Assembly (NCBI RefSeq): GCF_006345805.1
Contig: NC_043000.1
Location: 80,910,001-80,974,000, forward strand
Source of the DNA: Octopus sinensis
Taxonomy: Eukaryota
Reading direction: 5' to 3'
DNA length: 64,000 nucleotides
Positions 11,224 to 24,272 of the stretch are shown one piece after another. Below the pieces are notes generated by a model. It searched no databases and was not told the origin of the DNA. It worked only from the letters and a program-made list of their open reading frames with translations. Within the stretch, counting starts at the first letter, position 1. Every line of letters starts with the position of its first letter. The position numbers were made by a program, and so were the translations under genes.

Positions 11224-11725
11224 CCCAATATATTTAGTACGATGGTGTACCACATTACTAGCTTCATTGAAGAGTGTGTGCTGCTTCTCCTCAAATTAGA
11301 TTTTGTATTTTTTTTTCTTTGAATCTGGTACATATTCTATCAGACACATTTTGTCAGACTTCTAAGTCACTGGAACAATTTCTGTTTACCAAATTTACTC
11401 AGAAGTCCCTGGTCAGCTTGGTGCTATGATAGAAAACCCTTTCCCAATATGTTGTGTAATAAGGCTGAATCTGAAACCATGTGGTTGCGAAATGAACTTG
11501 TGGTATGGCCATGCTTCCTACAATACTATAATTATTAGCATATTTCATTGTTCATTTAATACAATCAGGACAGGATGTTGTACCAATGTGCAGCATAGCA
11601 AGGTATACTACCTTAGTTCAATGGTTGCTATGAGAAATAATTGCTTATGGTTTAGGCACAAAACCTGCAATTTTGAGAGGTGTGGGTTAGTCAATACCAT
11701 TAACCCAGTACTTAATTAGAACTTT

Positions 11726-12445
11726 CATCATCATCATCATCATCTGTTTTCCATACTGACATAAGTTAGGCAGTTTGACTGATACTAGTAAGCTAGGGAG
11801 CTGCACCAGTCTGTTTTGGTTGGGCTTCTATGGCTAGATGCCCTTCCTAATGCCAACCACTCCAAAGGGTGTACCAGGTGCCACTTCACATGTCAGTGGC
11901 ATGGGTGCCTTTTACATGTCACCAGTACTAGCCACAACTACAATTTCACTTAGATTAGCATGTCTTCTCAAGCACAGCAAATCTTAGTTTCTTGTCATCC
12001 CCTCCATGAGATTCAACATCTGAAGATCATTTTTTGCCATCTCCTCCCATATCTTCCTGGATCTACCTCTTCTGCAGGTTCCCCCAACAATTACAGATTG
12101 GCACTTCTTTTTACAGCTGTCTTTGTCCATATGCATCACATGACCATACTAATGCAGTCTTCTCTCTTGCACACTACATCTGATTTCTCTTATACCCAAT
12201 TTTTCTCTTAAGGCACTTCACGCTTTGTCATGCATGCACACTGCACATTGCACATCCAGTGGAGCATACTAGCTTCATTTCTTTCAAGCTTTTGCATGTC
12301 ATCTGCAGTCACGTTCCATGTTTCACATGGCTGTTTACACACAGGTATCATACAATCTGCCTTTGACTCTGAGGAAGTGGCCCTTTATTACCAACAAAGG
12401 TAGCAGCTCTCTAAACTTCACCCAGCCCATTCTTATTCTAGCAGA
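11726..12445 (-). mobile_element. Degenerate RTE LINE 3' fragment
   Basis: SARIRMGWVKFRELLPLLVIKGHFLRVKGRLYDTCV, then the 3' UTR and (ATG)n tail (11726-11743). Same family as 31506-32250. Confidence 0.85.
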
Positions 12446-13650
12446 TTTGAACCCAGACAGAAAAAAAAACAGAAGAAATACTGCAAAGCAATTTTCCAAT
12501 GCTCTGGTGTTTTTTCCAATCATAGAAAATTCACTTGTATGATTTTAATAGAAATTACTTAAAATATCTAATATAAAATACCTAAAATAAATTACCTAAA
12601 ACCAAAATGAAACAGCTTCTACTAACTAACCTGGAAACATGTATCTACTGCTTGTCAAATCTAAGTATAGATTTCATGGTATTTTTTTGGAAATTCTAGG
12701 AACTGAAATTAAATTCTTGAAATTTACTGTTAATGACTTGTTTAATGCTGTCTTTAACATGAGTCTTCCTATCATCATTCTGTGCAATACAGCAAATTGG
12801 CTTAACAGTCATCATACATAGATTGTCTTTACAGAAGAGAGAGAGAGAGAAGTGTAGGATAGAAAGATTATATTATCAGTGTTTGAATACAGCTAACATA
12901 AGAAGTCAATGATGAGGCAGTGACATAGATCTCTAGTATATACAGAGGGAAGAGTGAGTGAGTGAGAGAGAAAGAAAGAAAGAGAGAGCAAGAAAGAGTG
13001 TGTGACAGAAAGACTGACTAAGCTACTTAGAGTTTACAATTTTTTTCCCTTTCAATGTTTTGTGTAAAAAGAAACAGAAAAACAAAGCATATTGGTATAT
13101 TTATTTATGTAATTACATGTTTGTTTATATTTATTTCTTATATTCAGTTGCTATTTTTTCTTTGTGCGACATTATTTTTTTTCTTTTACTTCCTTGAAAC
13201 ACATTTATTTCCAGAATAATCTTCCATCTGCTATCATCTACCAACTTCTATTTCATTCTTATTTTATTGTTCATTCTTGAAAGTGTTTTTACATATCTAC
13301 TTTCATGAAGCTAAGAAATAATTCATTTACCTATACACACACACACATATGCACACATGTATGCATATTTACATCAAGTCTGCAAAATGTTAGGTCCTCT
13401 TTTATTCCTTTCATTTGGTAGAAATATTTTCATTGTATACATTCTTTGATTGTTGTTTTCTTTACAATCCCTACTTGTCTGTCATATCCTTGTCTAACTT
13501 GATAGCTTATTTCTTTATCACATTCGTACTCCACTATCTTCCTTGTTTAACTTGTGTATCTCTTAACTATCTGTCTGCTTGTCTGTCTATCTATCTGTGT
13601 GTGTGTGTGTGCATGTATGTGTATACACACACATAAAAAAATGCATGTAT

Positions 13651-13935
13651 CTTCTTTTAATTGTTTCAATCATTGGACTACAGTCATGCTGGGGCACTTC
13701 CTTGGATGGTTTAGTTGAACAAATTGTCTCCAGTATTTATTTTTTAAGCCTGGTACTTTGTCCATTGGTCTTTTTTTACTGAATGCAAAGTTATGGTGAC
13801 ATAAACAAACCAACACTGGTTGTCAAGTAGCAATGGGGGACAAACACAAAGACACACAGAGATACATACATACACGCACACACACACACATGCACACACA
13901 CACACATACGGTGGGCTTCTTTCAGTTTCCATCTG
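13651..13935 (-). mobile_element. SINE family A, 3' two-thirds
   Basis: GGGCTTCTTTCAGTTTCC, internal (CA)n and tail motifs as in other copies. Confidence 0.75.
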
Positions 13936-14215
13936 CCTGAGTCCAGTCATTCTGTGAGCTGTCCTTGTAGCTGTTGTCTGGCCTGTGTATAGAACTGTGA
14001 TCAGGCACCTATCTTTCCAATTTAGTCCCAGATTTTTGAGTAAACTCATGAGTTTCTTCCAATCAATCTGACTGAAAGCTTTCTTATAGTTGACAAAGCA
14101 GATAAAGACTTCCTGATCATGCTCAGTGCTCCACTTTCCTAAAGTTCTCACAACAGTGATTATCTTTCTTGCTCCTATTCCTCTCCTGAAACCAAATTCA
14201 TCTCTCCCAATGAAT
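13936..14215 (-). mobile_element. Short RTE-clade reverse-transcriptase fragment
   Basis: EHDQEVFICFVNYKKAFSQIDWKKLMSLLKNLGLNWKDRCLITVLYTGQ matches the RT region around D+.KAFD typical of RTE. Confidence 0.75.
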
Positions 14216-14270
14216 CCTTCTGCTTATATACTTACAATTATAATCATACATCAGTGTTATATATGCATGT

Positions 14271-14302
<32 letters not shown>

Positions 14303-14307
14303 GTTAA

Positions 14308-14676
14308 TATAGGCAAAGGAGTGGCTGTGTGGTAAGAAGCTTGCTTTCCAACCACAGTTCTGGGTTCAGTCCCACTGCATGGCACTTTGGGCAAATGTCT
14401 TCTACTATAGTCTCAGCTGACCAAAGACTTGTGAGTGGTAGACAGAAACTGAAAGAAGCCCATGTATTTGTGTGTCTGTGTTTGTCCCTGCTCCATTGCT
14501 TGACAACTGATGCTGGAGTGTTTACATCCCCATAATTTAGTGGTTCAGCAAAAGAGTCCAATAGAATAAGCATTAGGGTTACAAAGAACAAGATCTAGGG
14601 TTGATTTGTTCGACTAAAGATGGTGCTCCAGCATGGCCAAAGTCAAATGACTGAAACAAGTAAAAGAATAAAAGAA
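14308..14676 (+). mobile_element. SINE family A, full length
   Basis: A-box-like TGGCTGTGTGG (14322-14332), B-box-like GGTTCAGTCCC (14363-14373), tail TAAAAGAATAAAAGAA. Confidence 0.85.
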
Positions 14677-14680
14677 TATA

Positions 14681-15930
14681 TTTAGTGGACAAGAAGGTAA
14701 TTTCGTTTTTTTGCAAATAGATAGAGTTAGAGTCATTTTGAATTACTTTTGTCAATGTTATGATGTCTTCCTTTGACATTTGATTGCTGTTGCTTTTAGT
14801 TTACTTTAGAAGCAAATTGCTTGTAATTTTGTTTACACTGTTAGTTCAGTGTCAATTTTAACATGGAGTGCAAAAGGGAAATTTTCGTCATGTTTTGCTT
14901 TTTTATTTCCATAAAGGCAAGAAAGCTGCTGAGGCTCACAAAGAGAGATGTGAAGTGTATGGTGTTGATTGCTTAACAGAATGCACATGTTAGAAATGGT
15001 TAAAAAAAAATTCCATTCTGGAGATTTTTCACTCAAAGGTGACCAACGTTCTGGTCGACCTACTGAGGTTGATGATGACTGAATCAAGGCCATAATTGAA
15101 GCAGATTGTCATATAGCTGTGCAAGGGGTTGCAGACAAGTTAAATGTATCTCACACAACAACTGAAAATCAATTAAAATGTCTTGGTCTCGTTAAGAAGC
15201 TTAATATTTGGGTTCCACATAAATTGAAAGAGATTCACTTAACACAATGAATCAATATTTGCGATATGCCTCTCAAATGCCATGAAATTGACCTTTTTTG
15301 TCTACAATAACATCAATCGGAAATGATCATAGTCCAAGTGTAATGAACCAGCACAAACCACATCAAGAGCTGAATTACATAAAAAAAAGTCATGCTGTAA
15401 ATTTGTTGGGTTCACAAATGTGTGTATTTTGAGCTGCTTCCTTGGAACTAAACAATCAATTCAGATGTTTAGTGTCAACAACTAATGAAACTGGTGGAAG
15501 CAATAAAAGAAAAAAACAGCCTGAATTGGAAAATCATAAAGGAATTGTGTTCCACCATGACAACACTAGACCAAACACGTCTTTGCTAACTCATGAAAAA
15601 TTACTGGAGCTTGATTGGAAAGTGATGTCACATCCAACACATAGCCCTGATCCTGCACCATCAAATTACCATTTATTTTGAAGTTTGCAAAATTCTTTGA
15701 ATGATAAAACTTTTAATAATGATGATGACATGTAATGACACTTGCTTCAGTTTTTGGCTGACAAGGACCAGAAGTTCTATGAACATGAAATCATGAAGCT
15801 GCCTGAAAGAGGGTAAATGGTCATCAAGCAAAATGGAAAATATATAATTGATTAAAGTTCATCCTTTGTATGACAAAATATGACTTTTATTTCACACTAA
15901 GAAACTGAAATTACTTTCTTGCCAACCCAA
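14681..15930 (+). mobile_element. Full-length decayed mariner (DD34D) transposon
   Basis: TIRs TT(TA/GG)GT..(A/G)CAAGAA(G/A)GTAATTTC with TA TSD at 14679-14680 and 15931-15932. Motifs QRSGRPTEVDDD, WVPHKL, FHHDNTRP and HPTHSPDPAPSNYHLF, with stops and frameshifts. Confidence 0.92.
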
Positions 15931-15984
15931 TATATAAATATATATGTTAGTATATATAAAAATATATAGATGTTGATCTTGCTA

Positions 15985-16120
15985 ACCAACCACATGGTTC
16001 TGGGTTCAGTCACACTGCGTGGCATCTTGGGCAAGTGTCTTCTGCTATAACCCAGGGCCAACCAATGCCTTGTGAGTGGATTTGGTAGACGGAAGCTGAA
16101 AGAAGCCTGTCGTATATATG

Positions 16121-16151
<31 letters not shown>

Positions 16152-16362
16152 GTTTGTGTGTCTGTGTTTGTCTCCCTAGCATTGCTTGACAACCAATGCT
16201 GGTGTGTTTACGTCCCCGTCACTTAGCAGTTCAGCAAAAGAGACCGATAGAATAAGTACTGGGCTTACAAAGAATAAGTCCCGGGGTCGATTTGCTCGAC
16301 TAAAGGCGGTGCTCCAGCATGGCCACAGTCAACTGACTGAAACAAGTAAAAGAGTAAAAGAG
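15985..16362 (+). mobile_element. SINE family A
   Basis: B-box region through internal (TA)n/(TG)n to the AAAAGAGTAAAAGAG tail. Confidence 0.85.
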
Positions 16363-16719
16363 TATGTGTGTCTAGCCATTCCCTTTTCTAATGTCTACTT
16401 TCTCTGTCAACCTAATTAATCAATCTATGCTTCTGATTGACCTGTTGCATTCTAGCCTCCTCTCTTTTTTGGACTATTGGTTTTCTTCATTTCATCAGCA
16501 CATGCTTTTGAGATATGCTGTCCAGCAGCATGGTGACATTAGCTCTTATGCAATATAGTGCTGCCTGAATATTTGTGAGATTCTCTGTTGTGTTTTGCAG
16601 TATCTTATATGTGTTGCATGTTATATGTGTTGCATGTTATACGTACATGCTTGTTTGATGTTACAGTGCAATAAAGTCTCTTAATGAAGCAATTATAGTG
16701 AAACCATGTAGTCTATTTG

Positions 16720-16763
<44 letters not shown>

Positions 16764-16764
<1 letters not shown>

Positions 16765-16968
16765 AGGATACAGCAGAAAGTTTTCCCCAATTTCAAAAGT
16801 TAAAAAAACGATGCTCTCCACTCCAGGCCAATGTGAGTACTATCTGAATCATAAAAACCAAATGGCATTTAATTAACTTCATAGAAATATAAAGTTTTTT
16901 CATTCATCTTCATGTGTTTGTTTTTTTATTAACCATTGAAATTGGGGCAGCCTTTCTGTCGCACCCTG
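16764..16968. mobile_element. Tc1/mariner-type MITE
   Basis: ~33-bp TIRs CAGG(A/G)T.C...CAGAAAG....CCCCAATTTCAA and TA TSD at 16762-16763 and 16969-16970. Confidence 0.8.
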
Positions 16969-16982
16969 TATATATATATATA

Positions 16983-18810
16983 TCTATATAGTTGATGAAA
17001 TAAACATCATGCTTTGCCCCATGCAGAAAATGCAGAAACTACTCAGAGGTTTTGCAAACTCCTCTAAATTTATCACAATGTTGGATGCTTCAGAAAGATT
17101 TTCCCAAAATCGACTGTTGTCATCAACTGACCAAGATTCCAAGCACGTCCAAAGAAAAATTAGACAGTACAATGCTGCACTATAAATGACATCATTTGGA
17201 GCGACCAGAGATTTATAACTGAACCAGGATTCATGCAAGCTTTCAAGATCCAAGGTCAGATTTATCATTGGATTGGCTCTCTACTACCTCTCTCAAATGA
17301 ATCACCAAAATTCTTTCAAATATATTTTATGGGTGACTCTCAACTAGAAGAGCATGAGAGGTGCAAGAGCAATTCCGGCATCAGGATGAACATTGTAGTG
17401 TCTCTGCAAAAGATGCTGCATAACAACAACAACCTGATCAGAAGCTTCAAGACTGCACTTGAAACAATTCCACCTGACTCCATGGATTACAAAGTAGTTA
17501 TCAGATCAGGTCAGATGTGAAACCATCTGGTCAACATGGAGGGAGGTTTAATGCGCCAACAGCAAATGAAATAGCTGTGCTTCTGGTTGGGCAAGAACAC
17601 AACAAGCTTGACATTGTCCTCCGTCTCAGAGACAGCACACTGACAGACACAGTCCAACTACAAATGGAAGCTCCCAAAAATACCACACTTACAGTATTCT
17701 TCAAGCTCTGTCAAGATGAATTTGCTACAAGACTTCTATACAATGAAGTTCCACAATTCTATACTTAGTACCAAAACAAATAGAAAAGACGTGCACTTGG
17801 GGCACCCACACATCATCTGGGAATCAAGAAATCAGACACACTTGGTAGAGTCTATGTTGTCCATCCCAACTACTCAGAGTGCTACTATCTAAGGCTTCCA
17901 TTGCACCATGTCAAGGGACCCACATCATTTACAGCCTTATGTATGGTTGATAACACAGTATGTCAAACATATCACCAGGCTTGCTATCTCAGAGGTCTTC
18001 TGGAAGATGATGCACACTGGGATGCCACTCTGACAAAGGCACAAATATGCAAGTCTCTTTGCAGCTGAGAAACCTCTTCTCCATCATAGCAACACGATGG
18101 ATGAGAATGTCTTCATTCCAAGGATCCCTCTCATCTCAAATGATCTCCCCTTTCAGTTCAAGGGACTGCAGTTTCCTGTCAAACTTAGCTTTGCAATGTC
18201 TATCAACAAAGCACAAGGTCAATCTCTAAAAGTGGTGGGACTTAACCTCCTTCAACCTTGCTTCTCACATGGTCAGCTGTATGTTAGATGTTCTAGAGTT
18301 GGAGATGAAAAGAGCCTCTTCATTCTCAGTGATAAACATGGCCAGACAGAAAACACAGTATATGAAGAAGCACTTACATGAATAGTAGGTCCATGTCATA
18401 TACAGAAGTGTAAAACCATTGAGTGTTAAGTATTACTATTATACTTTCACTTTTCAACTGACATGCGTGAATGTATATCTGTGTGTATAAAAGTGAAATA
18501 ATAACATGATATATTCACCGTGTTTGTGTGTGTGTACTCTATGCACGGACTTTCATTGTTTATAATATGTACCTGTTTTCTGGTTACAAAATAAGTTAGA
18601 CAAACGTGTATTTACTTAACATACATATATGAGATGAAAACTTTCTTTTCACATTTCACTTAACATCAATGTTCCATGTTGGCATGGGTTGCAGAGTTAT
18701 GTAGAAAGTCAGCATCTAAGCTACGAGCAGTTGAGACCTGCGTAATCTAGTCAGTGTTTTAAAATTTCATTATTTTCTTTAACATGGGCAACGCTGGGTA
18801 TTTCTGCTAG
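16983..18810 (+). mobile_element. Internally deleted Helitron with intact termini
   Basis: A|TC (16983) ... CTAG|T (18807-18810). RepHel remnants FKIQGQIYHWIGSLLP, RFNAPTANEIAVL and ECYYLRLPLHHVKGPTSF...CQTYHQAC..RGLLEDDAHW. PIF1-helicase C-terminus QFPVKLSFAMSINKAQGQSL...FSHGQLYVRCSRV. Confidence 0.92.
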
Positions 18811-18825
18811 TATATATAAATATAT

Positions 18826-19109
18826 AATTACAGCATGGAAGGTGTTCATAAGCCATTTAAGAAACACACAAAAACCGTTACATTCACTTCAACATTTAAA
18901 TTCAATTTGCCAAAATATTTTCGTTGCTTTGAGATCGCGACCTGTTCACTGTCAAACTTCGTGCTGCATCTCATGATGCTGCATGAAGTTTTGTAACGGT
19001 TTTTGTGTGTTTCTTAAATGGCTTATAAATACCTTCCACGCTGCAATTGTTTCCGTTCCAGCACACGATCTCAGATCAAGTCACTCGCTATGCAAGTACA
19101 TCTCCGTAA

Positions 19110-19110
<1 letters not shown>
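18826..19110. mobile_element. Non-coding Penelope-like/retrozyme-like element with inverted arms
   Basis: 57-bp inverted repeat 18826-18882 / 18992-19048, hammerhead-like fold on the minus strand, TA-rich flanks. A decayed relative lies at about 54615-54810. Confidence 0.55.
18906..18956 (-). ncRNA. Atypical type I hammerhead-like motif (G3-C8 core)
   Basis: Minus strand UUUGACA-GUGAACAG-GUCGC(loop)GCAAC-GAAA-AUAU-UU-UGGCAAA. Stems I, II and III sit in hammerhead geometry, with one mismatch each in stems I and II. Confidence 0.45.
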
Positions 19111-19141
<31 letters not shown>

Positions 19142-19545
19142 CTATCTATCTATCTATATATATATATATGGTATATATTTGACATGTAGAATGTGTAAAT
19201 AATTTATCATGTTACAGAAAAATAATGATAAAGCTGCATATGTAAAACAAGATGTGCACTTTAATGGTGTTGGTGTTTGTGGTAGTGGTGTAATAAGTGC
19301 TGTATATAAATAAGAAGCCAAGTAAAAGTGCATACATCAGTGCATGGAAGTTTCTGTTATGGCTGTCACATATAAAAAAAAAAGAATTATAATTATATCC
19401 TATAACTTTATTTCTGTCAATTTTAGATTCTATTTCAGTGTTAGACGCTATTTTTAATTGATGCCTTTCTTGTTTATAAAGCAGCATTTGATGCCTCCTC
19501 AGTGTAACTAGTTCTGCTAGAAATAACAACTGAATCTCTTTCAAG

Positions 19546-19581
<36 letters not shown>

Positions 19582-19704
19582 TCTGAGCGTTCTGTTTTTA
19601 AAATAGAATTTTTTCAAATCCTGAAAAATATTCGAGATAAGGCATGGAATGGGCATGGCCAGAATGTCTTTGATTCTTAGTTTGCCATAATCAGGTTCAA
19701 CTTG

Positions 19705-19916
19705 GAGTTAGCATTCAGACTACTCTGTTAAATGCAATGTTTATTTGTCCACATTGTTTTAAATTAATCATGTGTTATCTCATAGCTTCAAGATTTTAAA
19801 GATGTGATTCTTTATTTTTATAATAGCATATTGTGGTAGGTGTGAAAGGCTAGATCTGGCTGATCTGGGCATAAAACAGATTTGGGTCAGACATGTCCTG
19901 TTTAAATACTAAAGGG
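19705..19916. mobile_element. piggyBac-type MITE (degenerate left end)
   Basis: Reverse-complement homologue of 53557-54114, ending in ATACTAAAGGG-TT. Confidence 0.55.
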
Positions 19917-20331
19917 TTCAACAATAACAAGAACTACATTTGTTATTTTACTCATAACTTGATGATAGTTTCCTGGCCTGGGGCTAAACAACAACATACT
20001 CAAGAAGGAAATAAAGAAGAAACGTGTATGTGGTTGTTTACTTGTTAGAAATAGCAGCCAAATCTTCCTGCTTATATTCTTGAAAAGAGAAAGAATATAT
20101 ATTGGATGACATTTTTTTCTGCATCCTCCAAAAAAGACAAAATGGATCTTACCTGGAACACCTTTGATCCTAGGATTGCTTGATCCAGGTTGTTTTGGGG
20201 TTAAACAACAACAGTAATAATGGTAACATTATCACCACAACTAACATCACCACCACCACCACCATCAACAACAACAAGAGCTATTACTATTACAGCCACA
20301 AAAACCACCACCACCACCACTGCTACTGCTG

Positions 20332-20333
<2 letters not shown>

Positions 20334-20387
<54 letters not shown>
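20334..20387. repeat. (ACT)n microsatellite within ACC/AAC low-complexity tract
   Basis: Pure ACT run. It explains the poly-T/V/Y ORFs in the track. Confidence 0.95.
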
Positions 20388-20587
20388 GTTTCAACAAACA
20401 ACAAAACTTCCTCAAATCCTTTTTTTTTTACCATTCTTAACACAAAGGTTAATGAACCAATGAAGGGATCACTATTTCAAGAGCTGGAGATCCCTCTGCT
20501 AGAAGGAAAATTATGTCGAGATATATATTTAAGACAACTCTCTGATGAAATTTCATAAAAGCTATATATAAATGGTTTTTGTTTACA

Positions 20588-21030
20588 TAGGCACAGGTAT
20601 AGCTGTGGGGCAAGAAGCTTGCTTCCCAACCACATGATTCTGGGTTAAGTCCCATGCATGGCACCTTGGGAAAGTGCTTTCTACTAGAGCGTCAGGTCTA
20701 CCAAAGCCTTATGAATAAATTTTGTAGATAGAAACTGAAAGAATCCTGTCATGCATGTGTGAGTGTGTGTGTTTGTGTATGTGTGTGTGTATATGTGTGT
20801 GTGTATCCTTGTGTCTGTGTTTGTCCTCTCACCATTGCCTTGACAACTGGTGTTGGTGTTTACGCCCCCATAGCTTAATGGTCTAGCAAAAAAGACTGAT
20901 AGAATAAGTACTAGGCTTTAAAAAAAATTGGTTTTTGGGGTCAATTTGTTCTACTAAAAATCCTTCAAGGTGGTGCCCCAGTATGGATACAGTCAAATAA
21001 GTGAAACAAATAAAAGATGATAAAAAAGAT
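20588..21030 (+). mobile_element. SINE family A
   Basis: Head, internal (TG)n and tail motifs. Confidence 0.8.
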
Positions 21031-21154
21031 AAAAGTCTGGAGAAAGGGGATGTGGCCATGATCTTTATTGAACCACTGAAACCATTGAGTTTGAAGACGT
21101 GTGCAAGGAAAAGATTCCAGAAAGCTACTATTCTGACGAGGTAAAACTGGGCAT

Positions 21155-21545
21155 AGGTACATGCTTGGGGGTGTGGTTAAGATGCTTGCTTTGCAACCAC
21201 ATGGTTTTGGATTCAATTCCACTTCATGGCACCTTGGGTAAGTGTCTCCTGCTATAGCCCTGAGTCAGCCAATACCCTGTGTATAAATTTGGACAATGGA
21301 AACTATGAGAAAGCCAATCATGTGTGTGTGCATATCTTTGCATTTCTGTTAGTTCCCCATTACTGCTTGGTAACTAGTGTTGGTTTGTTTACATACTTGT
21401 AACTTAGCAGTTCAGGAACAGAAACTGGTTGATTAAGTACCAGACTTCAAAAATCTAAGTGCTGGAGTCAATCTGTTTGACTAAAACCTTTCAAAGTGGT
21501 GCCCCAGTATGGCTGCAGTCCAATGACTGAAACAAGTAAAGCATA
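21155..21545 (+). mobile_element. SINE family A, diverged
   Basis: GTGTGGTTAAGATGCTTGC...GGCACCTTGGGTAAGTGTC...ATGACTGAAACAAGTAAA. Confidence 0.75.
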
Positions 21546-21657
21546 GAATATAGTTAATAGTGCAAGGGCTGAGAGTGGTAAAAGTAAAAGGTTAAAGTTA
21601 CCATCTCCAGTCATACAGACTCATAAGGGCCAGTTTCCCAGTTTCATGTGGTATATA

Positions 21658-22351
21658 CAGGGTGTGGTGAATAAACTGTTGTTTAAATTATGCAAAAATG
21701 AAAATAGCACTGATATCTCATATTTACCAGAATAACATAAAAATATCTTGAAATACTAAATAAAATTGCAGTCTGGGGAGTTATGTGGCCAGATGTTAGG
21801 GGTGATGGGGTCGCAGAAATTGTCTGGCAGCCATGACCGGGTTCTCCTGCTTGTGTAGCATGATGCAGATTCCTGTTGCCAGACATAGGGCCTTCCAGCA
21901 ACCACCCACTAGACCCAGAGCAGCACTACCTCCACCAGGCACTTGATGTATGCCTCCATGTTGAGTTTGAGGCCATGTGGGAAGATGAATGGAGGCATAA
22001 TGTTGGCATCACTAGTGATTACTCTAAACACAATGATGCTGACCTGATGTTTGATTTTTATTACTCTCAGTACATGTTCTCAGATTGCATTGTCCTGAGA
22101 TTGCACTGTCCTCAGATTGACACCCAAATACCCTGAAATGTTAGTATTGGAGCTTCTAGCATGAATACCAAGCAGTACAATAGGTTATTTCCAAAGTTCT
22201 GGCAGAGTGAATTGCATCATAGTACTGTTTTTCTCACAGATGGTGCCCAACTGACCCTACTATACTGTGTAGTGAACAAAATCAAAAACAAACAATGCAC
22301 ATGTGTGAAAATAAAATTATAAAATGGTGACAATTTACCCATTGCACCCTG
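21658..22351 (-). mobile_element. Internally deleted DD37D/maT-like transposon
   Basis: Ends TA-CAGGGTG...CACCCTG-TA. Minus-strand WQQESASCYTSRRTRSWLPDNFCDPITPNIWPHNSPDCN corresponds to QQD.AP.H...WPP.SPD.N. Confidence 0.8.
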
Positions 22352-22794
22352 TATATACCCCACCTGGATGGGACACCATTTTGTTGCAGAATTACTCATT
22401 TTTGCCAACTGAGTGGACTGGAGCAATGTGAAGTGAAGTGTTTTGCTCAAGGACACAATGTGTTGCCCAGTCCAGGAATCAAAAAAGGGCTAGAAGTGGG
22501 ATTAGATGGAGCAAGAGGTTATGATAAAAACAGCAAATTCTAAGTCTGAGAACCACTGCCATAAGTCTGTTCCATCAGTATTGACTTGTGACTAAACAGC
22601 AACAGTTTTTAAGGACAATCTATTGCTCAATCTACAGCTGTTGTTTGGATGGTGATGAGGTAAAAGATTGGTCCTTCTTGTTGCCAACTCTTTTAAATCA
22701 TGTAAGGACACAGCTTACCAATTCTAAAACTGAGATATATGCAATATTGATTACTATTTCTCATCATTAAAAAGCATTTTTAAAAAACTCAGGA

Positions 22795-23105
22795 CATTAA
22801 ATTAAAACAAAAAGAAACAAATAAACTTTTCTCATAGCCAATATGAACTGGTTGACAAATTCCCCCCATGGCCTCAAGGAACTGGTTAACAAACCTCTCC
22901 TATGGCCAAAATGAAATGATCCACAAACCTCTCCCATAACATGTAAGAACTGGTCTGCAAATCTCTCCCATGACCTCAAAGAATGTTCATCAAATAACTT
23001 GTAACAGTTGCAGTGGAATAGAATGTTTGTAACGAAGTCCTTGTAGTAAGACAAAATGCTTTGGTATTGTAAGGTGTTTAAAGTTTGAATATATCTTTTA
23101 TCTGT
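22795..23105. repeat. Repeat with internal ~34-bp minisatellite, copy 1
   Basis: Four to five units of GAACTGGT..ACAAA.CTCTCCCATGGCCTCAA. Homologous to 25005-25275. Confidence 0.6.
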
Positions 23106-24272
23106 TTCAGTCATTAGACAGTGGCCATGCTGGGGCATCACCTTGAAGAATTAGTCAAACTACTTATTGTTTTTTGGTAGAGCCTGGTACTTATGTTATT
23201 GGTTTCTTTTGCTGAACCACTAAGTTACAGGGACTTAAACACATCAACATCAGTTGTCAAGTGGTGGTGATGGTGGGGACAAAAACATACAGAAAGACAC
23301 ACATATTGGTTTAGTTTAGTTTGGGCAAAAGCCTTGTTATGTGCTCTTAAAAGTTCCTCTGTTTCTTATTGTTGGCTACCACCTTTTACTTGCATCTCCC
23401 AGAGTAATCCAATGGTATGGGGATACACATGGAACTCTTTTCAGCTTAGGACAAATATAATAATAACAATAATAACATGAAGATGTTTTCCTCCATTTCC
23501 AGTGAAGTGCTTCTTCAGGCATTGCATTAATAAATTTCTGTCAGCCAGATCAATGACCTTAAGGACAGCCACTATTTTACATCAATCAGGTGACTTCATT
23601 CCATTGGTGGGTGTGACTTACAACCAGTCACAAAGAGACAAAAAATAAAAACAAAAAAAGAAAAAAGAAAAAGAGTCAAACCTCCTTATCAACTGGTGGG
23701 TGTTGCTTATGAAAAAAAAATAAAGAAAATAAACAGGGACAGAAAGAAAATAAAAGGTCATTCCAATATTTTCAATTGAAAAATAAAAAGAACAGAAAGA
23801 ATAATATTAAGTGCAACATCTCTTACTTTTCCTGGTTATAGTTTTCTAGTCCTCTTTAAAGGACATCATTGTTTAGATTAAAAAGAAGATAATGATGATC
23901 CTTTGGCTATTATAACTTCTTTGTTTTCCTCTTTGTCTCTAGACTATTGATTGTTAACTTCAAGCTAAGGAAAAGTAAATCCTTCAATGTCATCTTTTGA
24001 TACTTGTTTAAATTTTATAGTTTTTATGCTCTACAGTGTCCCTATTAAAGGGGTGTACTGTTTATTTTTAGGATTTGTGTCCTCCCTATTAACTGATATT
24101 TTATGGTTTAGCTACACTTTCTAATGTACATAGAGTAATCATAAGTAATTTTGTATGAATATGAAAATTTGTAACCTAATGATGGTGTGCAGTGTAGAAA
24201 CATACATTGTGATGCATTCATAAAGCTCATGAATTTCCATCCTCATGTAATTATTGTTATTATATATATATA

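Noticed and set aside
14308-14380. tRNA genes at SINE heads
   Set aside because: A/B-box-like motifs are present, but there is no full cloverleaf, and the heads run into SINE bodies.
17233-18381. PIF1-like helicase fragments as a host gene
   Set aside because: They are intronless, contain stops, are fused to Helitron Rep-side motifs and are bounded by TC/CTAG Helitron ends.
22614-22659. AG...GT bounded segment with CCLDG as a possible Epac exon 1
   Set aside because: The frame with CLD does not end in the required phase 2, there is no W...LDKR match, and the splice signals are weak.
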